NCBI GenBank assembly: GCA_016931175.1
Contig: JAFGFH010000017.1
Location: 1 to 28,663 of the forward strand
Length of the DNA stretch: 28,663 nucleotides
Reading direction: 5' to 3'
DNA from: Nanobdellota archaeon
GTDB lineage: Archaea > Nanobdellota > Nanobdellia > Tiddalikarchaeales > Tiddalikarchaeaceae
Numbering within the stretch: position 1 is the first letter of the stretch; every line of letters starts with the position of its first letter. Under the pieces are notes generated by a model that was given only the letters and a program-made list of their open reading frames with translations, was not told where the DNA came from and searched no databases. Below are positions 8,546 through 16,394 of the stretch, piece by piece. The position numbers were made by a program, and so were the translations under genes.

Positions 8546-9100
8546 ATGATTTTAGTAGTAAATAATGGGTCCAGGTATATGAGGACTCTCCTTGTAAGAC
8601 TAAGAGAGTTCAGAATCAAGTTCAGAGTTAGTGATTTCTATAATACTCTGCCTAAGTTCTCACGCTATAATGGTATTATCTTGTCTGGGGGCAGCACCTT
8701 TGTTGATGAGCGTTTCAAGTTCATTAAAGGCATTATTGAAAAGACTAACATACCAGTGCTCGGCATCTGCTTAGGCAACGAGTACATTGCTAAAACTTTT
8801 GGCGGGAAAACGATTCATAACCTTCCAGAAGCTGAAGGATTCTTCGACGTCAGCATTTTGAAACCTAACGATTTAACGGGTGACATGAAAATACTTAGAG
8901 CAATGGACTGCCACGACCATAAAATAATCGAACTGCCGAAGGACTTTGAAATATTAGGCGCAAGCATGTATTCAAGGTATGATATTATCAAGCATAAGAA
9001 GAAGCCAATCTACGGCGTCCAATTCCACCCGGAAAATAACGAGACGGGCAAGAAGATAATGGAAAACTTCTTACGCAAGATCTGCAAAGAGACACAATAA
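8546..9100 (+). CDS. Class I glutamine amidotransferase, GMP synthase subunit A-like
   Basis: 184 aa. N-terminus ILVVNNGSRYMRTL, GIILSGG, nucleophile elbow LGICLG, and YGVQFHPE (His/Glu of the triad). No ATP-pyrophosphatase partner gene lies nearby. Confidence 0.7.
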   Translation: MILVVNNGSRYMRTLLVRLREFRIKFRVSDFYNTLPKFSRYNGIILSGGSTFVDERFKFIKGIIEKTNIPVLGICLGNEYIAKTFGGKTIHNLPEAEGFFDVSILKPNDLTGDMKILRAMDCHDHKIIELPKDFEILGASMYSRYDIIKHKKKPIYGVQFHPENNETGKKIMENFLRKICKETQ

Positions 9101-9138
9101 AGAAAGATTTATAAAAAAAAGAATTTAGTTTTGGGCTT

Positions 9139-9684
9139 ATGGACTCAACAGATAATCAAGAATTTAAAAACAAGATTAATGCTTTTCAAGAATATAAGGA
9201 CAGAATTCAGAAAATAAAAGAGGAGGAAATTAAGAATTCTGGTAAAGAAACTATTTTCACATTATATGATTATTCACGAAAACTTTTGTACGCACGTATT
9301 AATATGGTGTATAGAATAACATCCTCTGGCAAAGGATTAATTCCTGGATTAGAATACACTTTTACATTCCCAGTTGATGATGAGCATAAAGAGAGTTTAA
9401 TAAGTCTGTTAAAGGAAGAGGAAGATGTACATAATATATTAGATATTACTGAAAAGATTACTATGAATTGTATTATTAACGGAGAGGATTCAGCGCAAGT
9501 AACAAGCATTGAAGTTCCTTACTTTCCTACTAAAGGAGAAATTTGCATTCCAACTACTATCACATTAAGACCAAAAAATATGGGCAAAGATGATGCAACA
9601 ATTCAGCGCAACATAGATCTAAATTTGATGAATCCCATACATGGTATGGATGGATGTTTTGAAAAAAGTAGAGAGACACAATAA
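9139..9684 (+). CDS. Hypothetical protein (181 aa)
   Basis: Intact ORF with TTTATAAA at 9108-9115 (-31..-24). Low-GC coding sequence. No motif recognised. Confidence 0.55.
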   Translation: MDSTDNQEFKNKINAFQEYKDRIQKIKEEEIKNSGKETIFTLYDYSRKLLYARINMVYRITSSGKGLIPGLEYTFTFPVDDEHKESLISLLKEEEDVHNILDITEKITMNCIINGEDSAQVTSIEVPYFPTKGEICIPTTITLRPKNMGKDDATIQRNIDLNLMNPIHGMDGCFEKSRETQ

Positions 9685-9702
9685 AAAAAATAGTGGAGAG
9701 AA

Positions 9703-10098
9703 TTATTTCTTGTCCTTTAAATAAGCTCCAACATCACTTGATTGCTTCCAGTCCCATTCAAGTCCTAATTCATGAATAATTCTTAGTTTAGAATCATCAT
9801 CAATCCAACAGCCAAGATCAACAAGTATTGCCGTTAAGGCTGCTGATGTTCCGAAACTTCCAATTATTTGGTCAAAGTTTTGACAATTCGGGTACTCTTT
9901 CTTAAATTGTTCAATAGCTTCATCAGTTACTACATACATATTCCCACGACTGAATCTGTTCGCCATTGAATCTTTGTTTATGAAATAAACGCTCTCACCG
10001 TTAGAGATTACTATTCCATACCCTGTACTAAGGACCTTAGAGTTTTTTATTCTGTCAAGCTTCCAATGCTCTGATTCATTAAACAGGTCTAATGCCAT
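9703..10098 (-). CDS. Hypothetical protein (131 aa)
   Basis: Intact ORF with palindromic TTTATAAA at 10123-10130 (-32..-25). No motif recognised. Confidence 0.55.
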   Translation of the reverse strand: MALDLFNESEHWKLDRIKNSKVLSTGYGIVISNGESVYFINKDSMANRFSRGNMYVVTDEAIEQFKKEYPNCQNFDQIIGSFGTSAALTAILVDLGCWIDDDSKLRIIHELGLEWDWKQSSDVGAYLKDKK

Positions 10099-10132
10099 GA
10101 AGGCAACTACTAAATATTTGTATTTATAAACT

Positions 10133-11428
10133 TTATCTTAAGGCTGTGCTGAAAAAAAAGAGTATTCCCTTAAAGAATAGGTTAATCCATCTGATTATTC
10201 TGCCGTTAGGTATGTTTGCTATCTCTTGGTCAGTGCAGAACGTTTCCTGGTCAAGCTCGCATGTTGTTTCGCCTGTTTCCAGGTTAATATACGCTGTGCC
10301 GCTTGTGTAATATTCATTGCTTAAGCATGCTTCAGGGTCTACTTTATAGTAACCTCTTGCGTAGATGCTGTTATTGATTATATTAAATGCCTGAATAATT
10401 GTGCCCTGATTGCAGCTAGCCGCCTTTGATATAAGTTCCTCTTGTGAAATAATACTTCTTTCTTTAGATAAGAATACGTATCTTCTTAACGATTCAAGCT
10501 CGTAATAGCTTGACTGCTGATTAGTGGTTAAATTCACCCAGTCCCCGTTAATCATGCCAGCTGCGGGGAAGTTGTCATGGAAGGCTAAACTAAGCCAGTC
10601 GTAAGTGAAGTTGCCGTATATCTCTAAGATGAGTATTGAGTCAACGTTCTGCAATTCCTCACTTTGAGGTTTAAACCAACTGTCATGCGTGAGGTCTTCT
10701 ATTCTGAAATCTATTCTTGAAACTCTTATGTGACTATCAAAATAAGTTGAGGAAATATTCTTTATCACTTCATTTTTCCACGCGTCAAGAACTTCATTGT
10801 TTAAGAAGTTGATGTAAAAAGAGTCATCAGAGCTGAAAACATTTGAGGTGTAAGTGTAATTATTCCAAGAATTTATGCAGTATGAGTAAGCTAAGCTTCT
10901 ATCATAAGTGCAGTAATTATTGGCGTCGTCTTTTATGTAATAATTCATGTTATTAGTTAAACGCGCGTAGTAAGGGTCAGAATCTATCTGGAAAACCATT
11001 ATAGAACCCTCTGGGCACTTATTGCATCCTACTGTCATCCAATAATTAGCAGAACAGTCTTGGTATACGCAGTCGTTAATATTCTGACAGGAGGCTCCCA
11101 GGTTTGATACGCAAATGTGAAGCGCTGGTGCCTCCCCTTCAGGTATGCGCGTGCCAAGCCCGCTGGCTGATTTATGGGCTAGTTCACAGTACCTATCAAC
11201 GTCGTCAAGATTAATAGATTGGCCTGTTAAGAAGTCAGTTATCAAAGAATCATCCCCTGTTATGTATCCTGCTTGGATTCCGCAGTACATGTTAACAATT
11301 TCAACAACATTCTTGTCAGAGTAATAATCAGTTAAGGAATTATACTCCTCTCTCTCTTCAGCATTTAAGTCTGAGAAAGCTAAGGGCAGTACTAATAAGA
11401 GTAGAAGTAGGAAGAGCCACTTTTTCAT
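10133..11428 (-). CDS. Secreted / C-terminally anchored cysteine-rich surface protein
   Basis: 431 aa. N-terminal signal peptide MKKWLFLLLLLLVLPLAFS, many Cys (for example HICVSNLGASCQNINDCVYQDCS...GCNKCPEG), Asn/Tyr/Ser-rich, C-terminal hydrophobic segment RWINLFFKGILFFFSTAL. Confidence 0.7.
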   Translation of the reverse strand: MKKWLFLLLLLLVLPLAFSDLNAEEREEYNSLTDYYSDKNVVEIVNMYCGIQAGYITGDDSLITDFLTGQSINLDDVDRYCELAHKSASGLGTRIPEGEAPALHICVSNLGASCQNINDCVYQDCSANYWMTVGCNKCPEGSIMVFQIDSDPYYARLTNNMNYYIKDDANNYCTYDRSLAYSYCINSWNNYTYTSNVFSSDDSFYINFLNNEVLDAWKNEVIKNISSTYFDSHIRVSRIDFRIEDLTHDSWFKPQSEELQNVDSILILEIYGNFTYDWLSLAFHDNFPAAGMINGDWVNLTTNQQSSYYELESLRRYVFLSKERSIISQEELISKAASCNQGTIIQAFNIINNSIYARGYYKVDPEACLSNEYYTSGTAYINLETGETTCELDQETFCTDQEIANIPNGRIIRWINLFFKGILFFFSTALR

Positions 11429-11479
11429 ATGTTACTTATAATTTTTAGCGTATAAAGACTTTGCTGTGCTATAAAAACC

Positions 11480-11487
11480 TTTAAAAA
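11480..11487 (+). promoter_or_regulatory. TATA box (TTTAAAAA) of the 5S rRNA gene
   Basis: Located -31..-24 relative to the first nucleotide of 5S helix I (11511). Confidence 0.55.
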
Positions 11488-11510
11488 CAATAAAGCTCCT
11501 AATATTTCTT

Positions 11511-11626
<116 letters not shown>

Positions 11627-11638
11627 TTTTTCTCTTTT
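11627..11638 (+). terminator. Oligo-T termination signal after 5S rRNA
   Basis: TTTTTCTCTTTT directly follows helix I. Archaeal RNA polymerase terminates at T-runs. Confidence 0.45.
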
Positions 11639-11675
11639 CTAAAAGTTTAAATTAAAGGTGCAAGTATATTAACTA

Positions 11676-11834
11676 ATGGGCAAGATTGATTTCAACAAAG
11701 ACTTGGAAGCCATACTGCCTAAACTGCAGGGGCCTTGGAATAATAAGGTGGCGGAGTTCTCAAACCCTAACTATCTCAAAACATTGTGTGATAAGAAGAA
11801 GCAGGCTTTAGAAGACAAGTATTCTCCTAATTGA
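11676..11834 (+). CDS. Unlisted small ORF (52 aa), hypothetical
   Basis: MGKIDFNKDLEAILPKLQGPWNNKVAEFSNPNYLKTLCDKKKQALEDKYSPN*. TTTAAATT at 11646-11653 sits at -30..-23. It fills an otherwise empty gap. It is below the track size cut-off. Confidence 0.35.
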   Translation: MGKIDFNKDLEAILPKLQGPWNNKVAEFSNPNYLKTLCDKKKQALEDKYSPN

Positions 11835-11870
11835 GGAAAGTTTTAAAATTCAGCTTCTTATCTATATGGT

Positions 11871-12509
11871 ATGGGTATGCTTGAGGATTTCGTGGCTAAT
11901 ATTAAGAAGTTCTTTAACCAATTGTTTAAGAAGCAGAAGACTATCAGGCTCGGCTGTTACGGCAGTCCGAACGCTGGAAAGACTACACTAGCTAACCGCA
12001 TTGCCAAAGACTTCCTTGGAGAAGAGGTTGGCAGCGTAAGCAAAGTGCCTCACGAGACAAGAGAGGTTAAGGAGGTTGAACACGTTGAGATGGAGAACGA
12101 AGGCAAGAAACTAGTTATTAATCTGGTTGACACTCCTGGAATAGCTACCAAGATTGACTTCGAGGACTTCATAAAGTACGGGATTAAGAAGAAAGAGGCT
12201 AAGCTCAGAGCTAAAGAAGCAACCAAGGGCGTTATTGAGTCCATAAAATGGTTGGACAAGATGGACGTCGTACTCGTAGTTATTGACGCGAGCAAAGACC
12301 CTTACACTCAGGTTAATATTACAATACTCGGCAACTTAGAAGCCAGGAATATTCCAGTAATCATAGTAGCAAACAAAGTTGATTTGAAAAAAGCGGATGT
12401 CAGCAAGGTTAGGAAGATGTTTCCTCAATACCCTGTTATTGGAATAAGCGCGAGAACAGGCAAGAACATAAGCGACTTGTACAAGACTATATTTGATGTG
12501 GTAAAATGA
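11871..12509 (+). CDS. Small GTP-binding protein (TRAFAC-class GTPase)
   Basis: G1 GSPNAGKTT, G3 DTPG, G4 NKVD, G5 SAR. 212 aa. The stop overlaps the start of the next gene (ATGA at 12506-12509). Confidence 0.85.
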   Translation: MGMLEDFVANIKKFFNQLFKKQKTIRLGCYGSPNAGKTTLANRIAKDFLGEEVGSVSKVPHETREVKEVEHVEMENEGKKLVINLVDTPGIATKIDFEDFIKYGIKKKEAKLRAKEATKGVIESIKWLDKMDVVLVVIDASKDPYTQVNITILGNLEARNIPVIIVANKVDLKKADVSKVRKMFPQYPVIGISARTGKNISDLYKTIFDVVK

Positions 12510-12883
12510 AGAAAACAAAGAAGGACATTAATATTGAATTCATACCCTTCGAGACGTTAAGGAGTATGAGCCTTGAAAAGCAGGTAAAATATATTATTAA
12601 GAAGGCAAAGGAGAATAAGATACTCGTCTTTGATTCCAAACTAACCCCTGAAGAAGAGGCTAAACTAATCAGCGAGACTATGAAGCACATAAGCAAGTCA
12701 TTCAGCGGCATTGAAATATGCTCCTTGTACGCTGAGCACGAGACTGGAATAGTAGACAAAGTTAAGGATGTATTCTTTAAAGCCCTTACTGGCAAGAGCA
12801 GGGGCACGAGCATAATCGGGCCTGCAAAGGTTATTAAAGAGATTAAACGCGACCCTGAAAGCATCAGCATCTTAATGAAGTAA
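12506..12883 (+). CDS. DUF2073-like archaeal protein, translationally coupled to the GTPase
   Basis: 125 aa. As I recall it, the size, sequence character and position immediately downstream of this GTPase type fit the archaea-specific DUF2073/COG3365 family. This needs HMM confirmation. Confidence 0.55.
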   Translation: MKKTKKDINIEFIPFETLRSMSLEKQVKYIIKKAKENKILVFDSKLTPEEEAKLISETMKHISKSFSGIEICSLYAEHETGIVDKVKDVFFKALTGKSRGTSIIGPAKVIKEIKRDPESISILMK

Positions 12884-12887
12884 TAGT

Positions 12888-13337
12888 ATGAAACGTTCTG
12901 AACCTTCACTAACTAGTTTCAAAGATGAAAGTATTTCTAAACTAGTTAATAAGACAGGCAAGAGAACACTGGCGAAGTGGGCTATTAGCTGCGTTAAGAA
13001 AGTCTTAAAATATAATAGTGATGAAAGATTGAGCAAAGCAGTTAATACTCTTAAGGAATGGCTGCGTACAGGAGTTTTCAGTATGAAGGTTATACGCAAA
13101 GCATCGCTTGACTCCCACGCTGCAGCGAGAGAAAGTAAAGAGTATAGTTCTGCGCGTTCTGCTGCAAGAGCTGCAGGCCAGGCAGTTGCAACTGCACACG
13201 TTAGCAGGCACGCATTAGGCGCTTCAATTTATTCTCTGCAGGCGGTTTACAGGGACGGCAAGTCCGTAGTTAAAGAGAGAGATTGGCAGCTTAAACAATT
13301 GCTTAAACTCAGATTATTGGAAAAGCAAGATTTATAA
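12888..13337 (+). CDS. Helical Ala-rich protein resembling the Imm5-like putative immunity family
   Basis: 149 aa. The pattern LAKWAISCVKKVL ... HAAARESK...ARSAARAAGQAVATAHVSRHALGASIYSLQAV ... ERDWQ matches a widespread family I recall being annotated as a putative immunity protein. Starts 5 nt after the DUF2073 stop. Confidence 0.45.
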   Translation: MKRSEPSLTSFKDESISKLVNKTGKRTLAKWAISCVKKVLKYNSDERLSKAVNTLKEWLRTGVFSMKVIRKASLDSHAAARESKEYSSARSAARAAGQAVATAHVSRHALGASIYSLQAVYRDGKSVVKERDWQLKQLLKLRLLEKQDL

Positions 13338-13362
13338 ACAGAATTTTCTCAATTTAAGGCAT

Positions 13363-13863
13363 ATGGTTAAAACAAACCCTGTTGACTTATATGATAATGT
13401 TATAATTAAGAAGTTGAAAGAAAAGCTTGAACAAATAGTTTTCGAATCACAAATTTATGAAGGCTTAGAGAACGTTGATATGAGTGAGTTAAGAAAAGAG
13501 GTTTACGCCTCAAGTTATCACCCTTTTTCAGTAAGTATAATTAACCCTTCTGATGATTTAATTAAATGCATAGAAGAGTATACTATGTCTAAATCTAGAG
13601 ACCCAGCTTTGTTTAATCCTAATATTAGTTTTGTTCAAATCGATTTATCTAAGGCTCTAGAAGAAGCTGATGAAGATTTAAGCACTGAAATCACTGCTAA
13701 TTATAAGATGGGAGAGAACGGCGTTTACATGCATTTCTTCGTTGACCATCAAATAAACAACTCTGACGAGTTGGTTTTAAAGCTTAAACTATTCACATAT
13801 TTAATAGAAGGTGTAACCAGCAAGATTAAATTAATTAAGTCTGAAGAAACCAGCGAGCAGTAA
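13363..13863 (+). CDS. Hypothetical acidic protein (166 aa)
   Basis: Intact ORF, low GC, no motif recognised. Confidence 0.55.
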   Translation: MVKTNPVDLYDNVIIKKLKEKLEQIVFESQIYEGLENVDMSELRKEVYASSYHPFSVSIINPSDDLIKCIEEYTMSKSRDPALFNPNISFVQIDLSKALEEADEDLSTEITANYKMGENGVYMHFFVDHQINNSDELVLKLKLFTYLIEGVTSKIKLIKSEETSEQ

Positions 13864-13898
13864 GATTTATAAAAGGATTTTTCTCTAAAAATACGAAT

Positions 13899-15410
13899 AT
13901 GACTGAATGTGTTGCAAACAATTACGTATTTAATCCAGCAGTTAATGAATCTGCTGATTTAATTAGCAGCAGCGATAAATCCGTTTATGACACTGGTTTG
14001 TTTAGATACGTTAAGAAAACCTTATTAAGCCATCAGTCTTGCACTAATCCTTTGCTTAATGTTAACACACTAGCTAATGAGATGACTGTTTACTTAATGA
14101 AGCATCCTAAAGTTGACCCTAACGTGCTTGAATCTCTTACTGATAAAGAAGTAACTGATTTGACAGAGAAGGTAAGGTATAGAAAAAGAGCTGTTAAGGT
14201 GGATTACTCTAATAATGAAAGTTTTGAAAAAACATTTACGCTCGCTGATGGAACCGAAAGCGGCATTGAATATTACACTCCTATAAGTGAAGAAGATTTC
14301 ACTAGATTAAAGGATATGCCCGTACTTCCTAAAATTTCATACTTGGAGTTCGTCAACGAAAGCGTTGTTCCAGAATTCATGGACTCATTCGTTGCTGAAA
14401 AAAGATCTTACACAAATAGTCTTGAAAATATTATGACTGCTTTTGACAACTTAAATGCTTCAAAGACTCAACCAATTACTGAGATTCAAACAATTGCTCC
14501 TAAGAAAAGTTTAGTTCAGAGAATAAAATCTTACTTATCAAGAAACAAGAATAAAGAAGATAAGATTTCAGAAATTAATGCCGCCTTCGGATTTTATGAT
14601 AATAATATTGTAGAAGACGGTTGGGAAGGTATTAAAGAGAGATACCATGCCAAAGAAGAAACATTAAAAATGATTGAAAAGGTTAAGCAAAATATTCAAC
14701 AAAGGTTTGCTGCCAAAGAAGATGTTTCAAGAATAATTAATTCAATCAGTAATAATGTGCCTATAGCTTCTCTTGAGAAGGATTATAATACAAAGCAGTT
14801 AGTTTCAGAGATTAAATCAGTTAAATTAGTTAAGGCAGAAACTCCTCTTAGTAAGATAAGAGATGTTTACGATTGCCTCCCACATAAGATGATTAAAAGA
14901 GAGAATTTTGAAAGAATGGTTTTAAAGATTGGTTTGAAAAATGCTTTAAGAGCTAATGAATCATTTAAAACAATTGATGATGTTATTAATGAAGAGGTTA
15001 GCTTCCTTCCTGATTCTGTAAAAATGGAATTAAAATTGAACTCTGCTGACGTAGTTAGCAAATATTTGCAGTATAAGTTAATTAATGAAGAAGGGTTAAA
15101 GAGCTTATTCTTAAAATCCGCTGATGAAGTTTTAGAAAAAGAGTTTGGCCTAACTGCTGAACAGTTAATAGAATTAAAAGAAGTTACAGACAAGCTTGGA
15201 ATTATTAACAAAGCCTATGATAGTCTAATTGAAACCTCTGAGCAAATGAAGATTACTATCCCTGGATGCGACCTTGTTCCAATCTCGCAATTAATGGCTG
15301 CGCAAGCTTCAGCTTCAGGATACATATACACTGTGCAAGAAATAGTTGAAGCGTACAAGACAGGTAAACTAGAGAAAGCGGTTGAGTATCTTACAAAGCA
15401 GGAGAACTGA
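13899..15410 (+). CDS. Hypothetical large, probably helical protein (503 aa)
   Basis: A long ORF in very AT-rich DNA is improbable by chance. TTTATAAA at 13866-13873 (-33..-26). No catalytic motif, signal peptide or TM segment recognised. Confidence 0.65.
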   Translation: MTECVANNYVFNPAVNESADLISSSDKSVYDTGLFRYVKKTLLSHQSCTNPLLNVNTLANEMTVYLMKHPKVDPNVLESLTDKEVTDLTEKVRYRKRAVKVDYSNNESFEKTFTLADGTESGIEYYTPISEEDFTRLKDMPVLPKISYLEFVNESVVPEFMDSFVAEKRSYTNSLENIMTAFDNLNASKTQPITEIQTIAPKKSLVQRIKSYLSRNKNKEDKISEINAAFGFYDNNIVEDGWEGIKERYHAKEETLKMIEKVKQNIQQRFAAKEDVSRIINSISNNVPIASLEKDYNTKQLVSEIKSVKLVKAETPLSKIRDVYDCLPHKMIKRENFERMVLKIGLKNALRANESFKTIDDVINEEVSFLPDSVKMELKLNSADVVSKYLQYKLINEEGLKSLFLKSADEVLEKEFGLTAEQLIELKEVTDKLGIINKAYDSLIETSEQMKITIPGCDLVPISQLMAAQASASGYIYTVQEIVEAYKTGKLEKAVEYLTKQEN

Positions 15411-15918
15411 AGTCAGTAACTACGACTTCAATATTGTCAAACCTGGACTTTACAGCATTAATGATTGGTTTAATATGAGGCCTGCCTCCTATGAAGACAA
15501 TATCTTTAAAGTCATCAGAGTCTTTCAGTGTTAATATCTCTTCAATAATATTCTCAGGAATTATCTGGTTAAGCCTGTAAATCTTAGAACTGTGGCAGTC
15601 TCCTTCAAGCCTGCCTGTTGCTACCGGTATTATCTTATAAGGATTTAAATGAACAAGTGAAGCGTAAGTGCCGCTGCTGGTCTTTGGAACGTCGCATTCA
15701 ATTAATCTCTGGTAAAGCGCTTCAGAATCCTCTGGTGTAGAATACTCTTCAAAGCATTCCTTAGTGTATTGAGGAAGCTCTGGAAGTATTAAGTTATTCT
15801 CCCCTAAGAAAGATAGTTTTTTAACAGTGTCAAAAGGGTAGCAGTCATCTATTGCAATTAAGTGAATCTTCTTGCCAGAGAGATTATTATAACAAGTTGC
15901 TTGCACAGTTGTTATCAT
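15391..15918 (-). CDS. Hypothetical protein (175 aa)
   Basis: Intact ORF, convergent with the previous gene and overlapping it by 20 nt. No motif recognised. Confidence 0.55.
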   Translation of the reverse strand: MITTVQATCYNNLSGKKIHLIAIDDCYPFDTVKKLSFLGENNLILPELPQYTKECFEEYSTPEDSEALYQRLIECDVPKTSSGTYASLVHLNPYKIIPVATGRLEGDCHSSKIYRLNQIIPENIIEEILTLKDSDDFKDIVFIGGRPHIKPIINAVKSRFDNIEVVVTDFSSPAL

Positions 15919-16004
15919 TAAGTTATTAGTTAAAAACTCTTTCTTATAAAATTAACGGAAGCTTACTCATTGCCTTTTTTAAACCAAGAATTTAAACAAT
16001 TAGT

Positions 16005-16394
16005 ATGGAATTGTTACAGCAATTGCAGAAGTGCAGCTGGAAAGAATTTGAGAAGCTTATTAGCGAAGTTCTGGAGCTTCATAATTACACAACTTATTGG
16101 AATGTGAACGTAACTATTAATGGAGTGCGCAGACAGTTTGACGTCATTGCCAACAGGAACAATTACTCCTTAATCATTGACTGCAAGAAGTGGTGTAATA
16201 AGAAGAGCAAGGCAAGTGCGTTAAGAAATGCTGTTATAAAACATAAAAAGAGATGCGATTTTTACGGACAATTATTGCAGAAGAAGGTAATACCATTAAT
16301 CGTTACTTACGCAGAGGATGATATTAAAGTTCATGACGGTGTTTGCATCGTGCCATTGCAGATGTTGAATAATTTCATTCTAGAACTGCTTTGA
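16005..16394 (+). CDS. PD-(D/E)xK nuclease, Hjc / Mrr-cat-like
   Basis: 129 aa. WKEFEKLISEVLELHNY followed by FDVIANRNNYSLIIDCKKW. Compare Hjc ERELIKLLEKHGF ... VDLVAGNGKKYLCIEVK, which gives the E ... D ... (D/E)-x-K arrangement. Confidence 0.55.
   Translation: MELLQQLQKCSWKEFEKLISEVLELHNYTTYWNVNVTINGVRRQFDVIANRNNYSLIIDCKKWCNKKSKASALRNAVIKHKKRCDFYGQLLQKKVIPLIVTYAEDDIKVHDGVCIVPLQMLNNFILELL

Noticed and set aside
9088-9685. 14-nt identity AGAGACACAATAAA at the 3' ends of two adjacent genes (9088-9101 and 9672-9685), both ending ...ETQ*
   Set aside because: By my rough estimate, about one 14-nt match is expected by chance in a 28-kb AT-rich window. There is no extended similarity on either side.
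12487-12909. 140-aa minus-strand ORF opposite the DUF2073-like gene
   Set aside because: It is hydrophobic, low-complexity antisense translation. The plus gene is translationally coupled (ATGA) to the GTPase.
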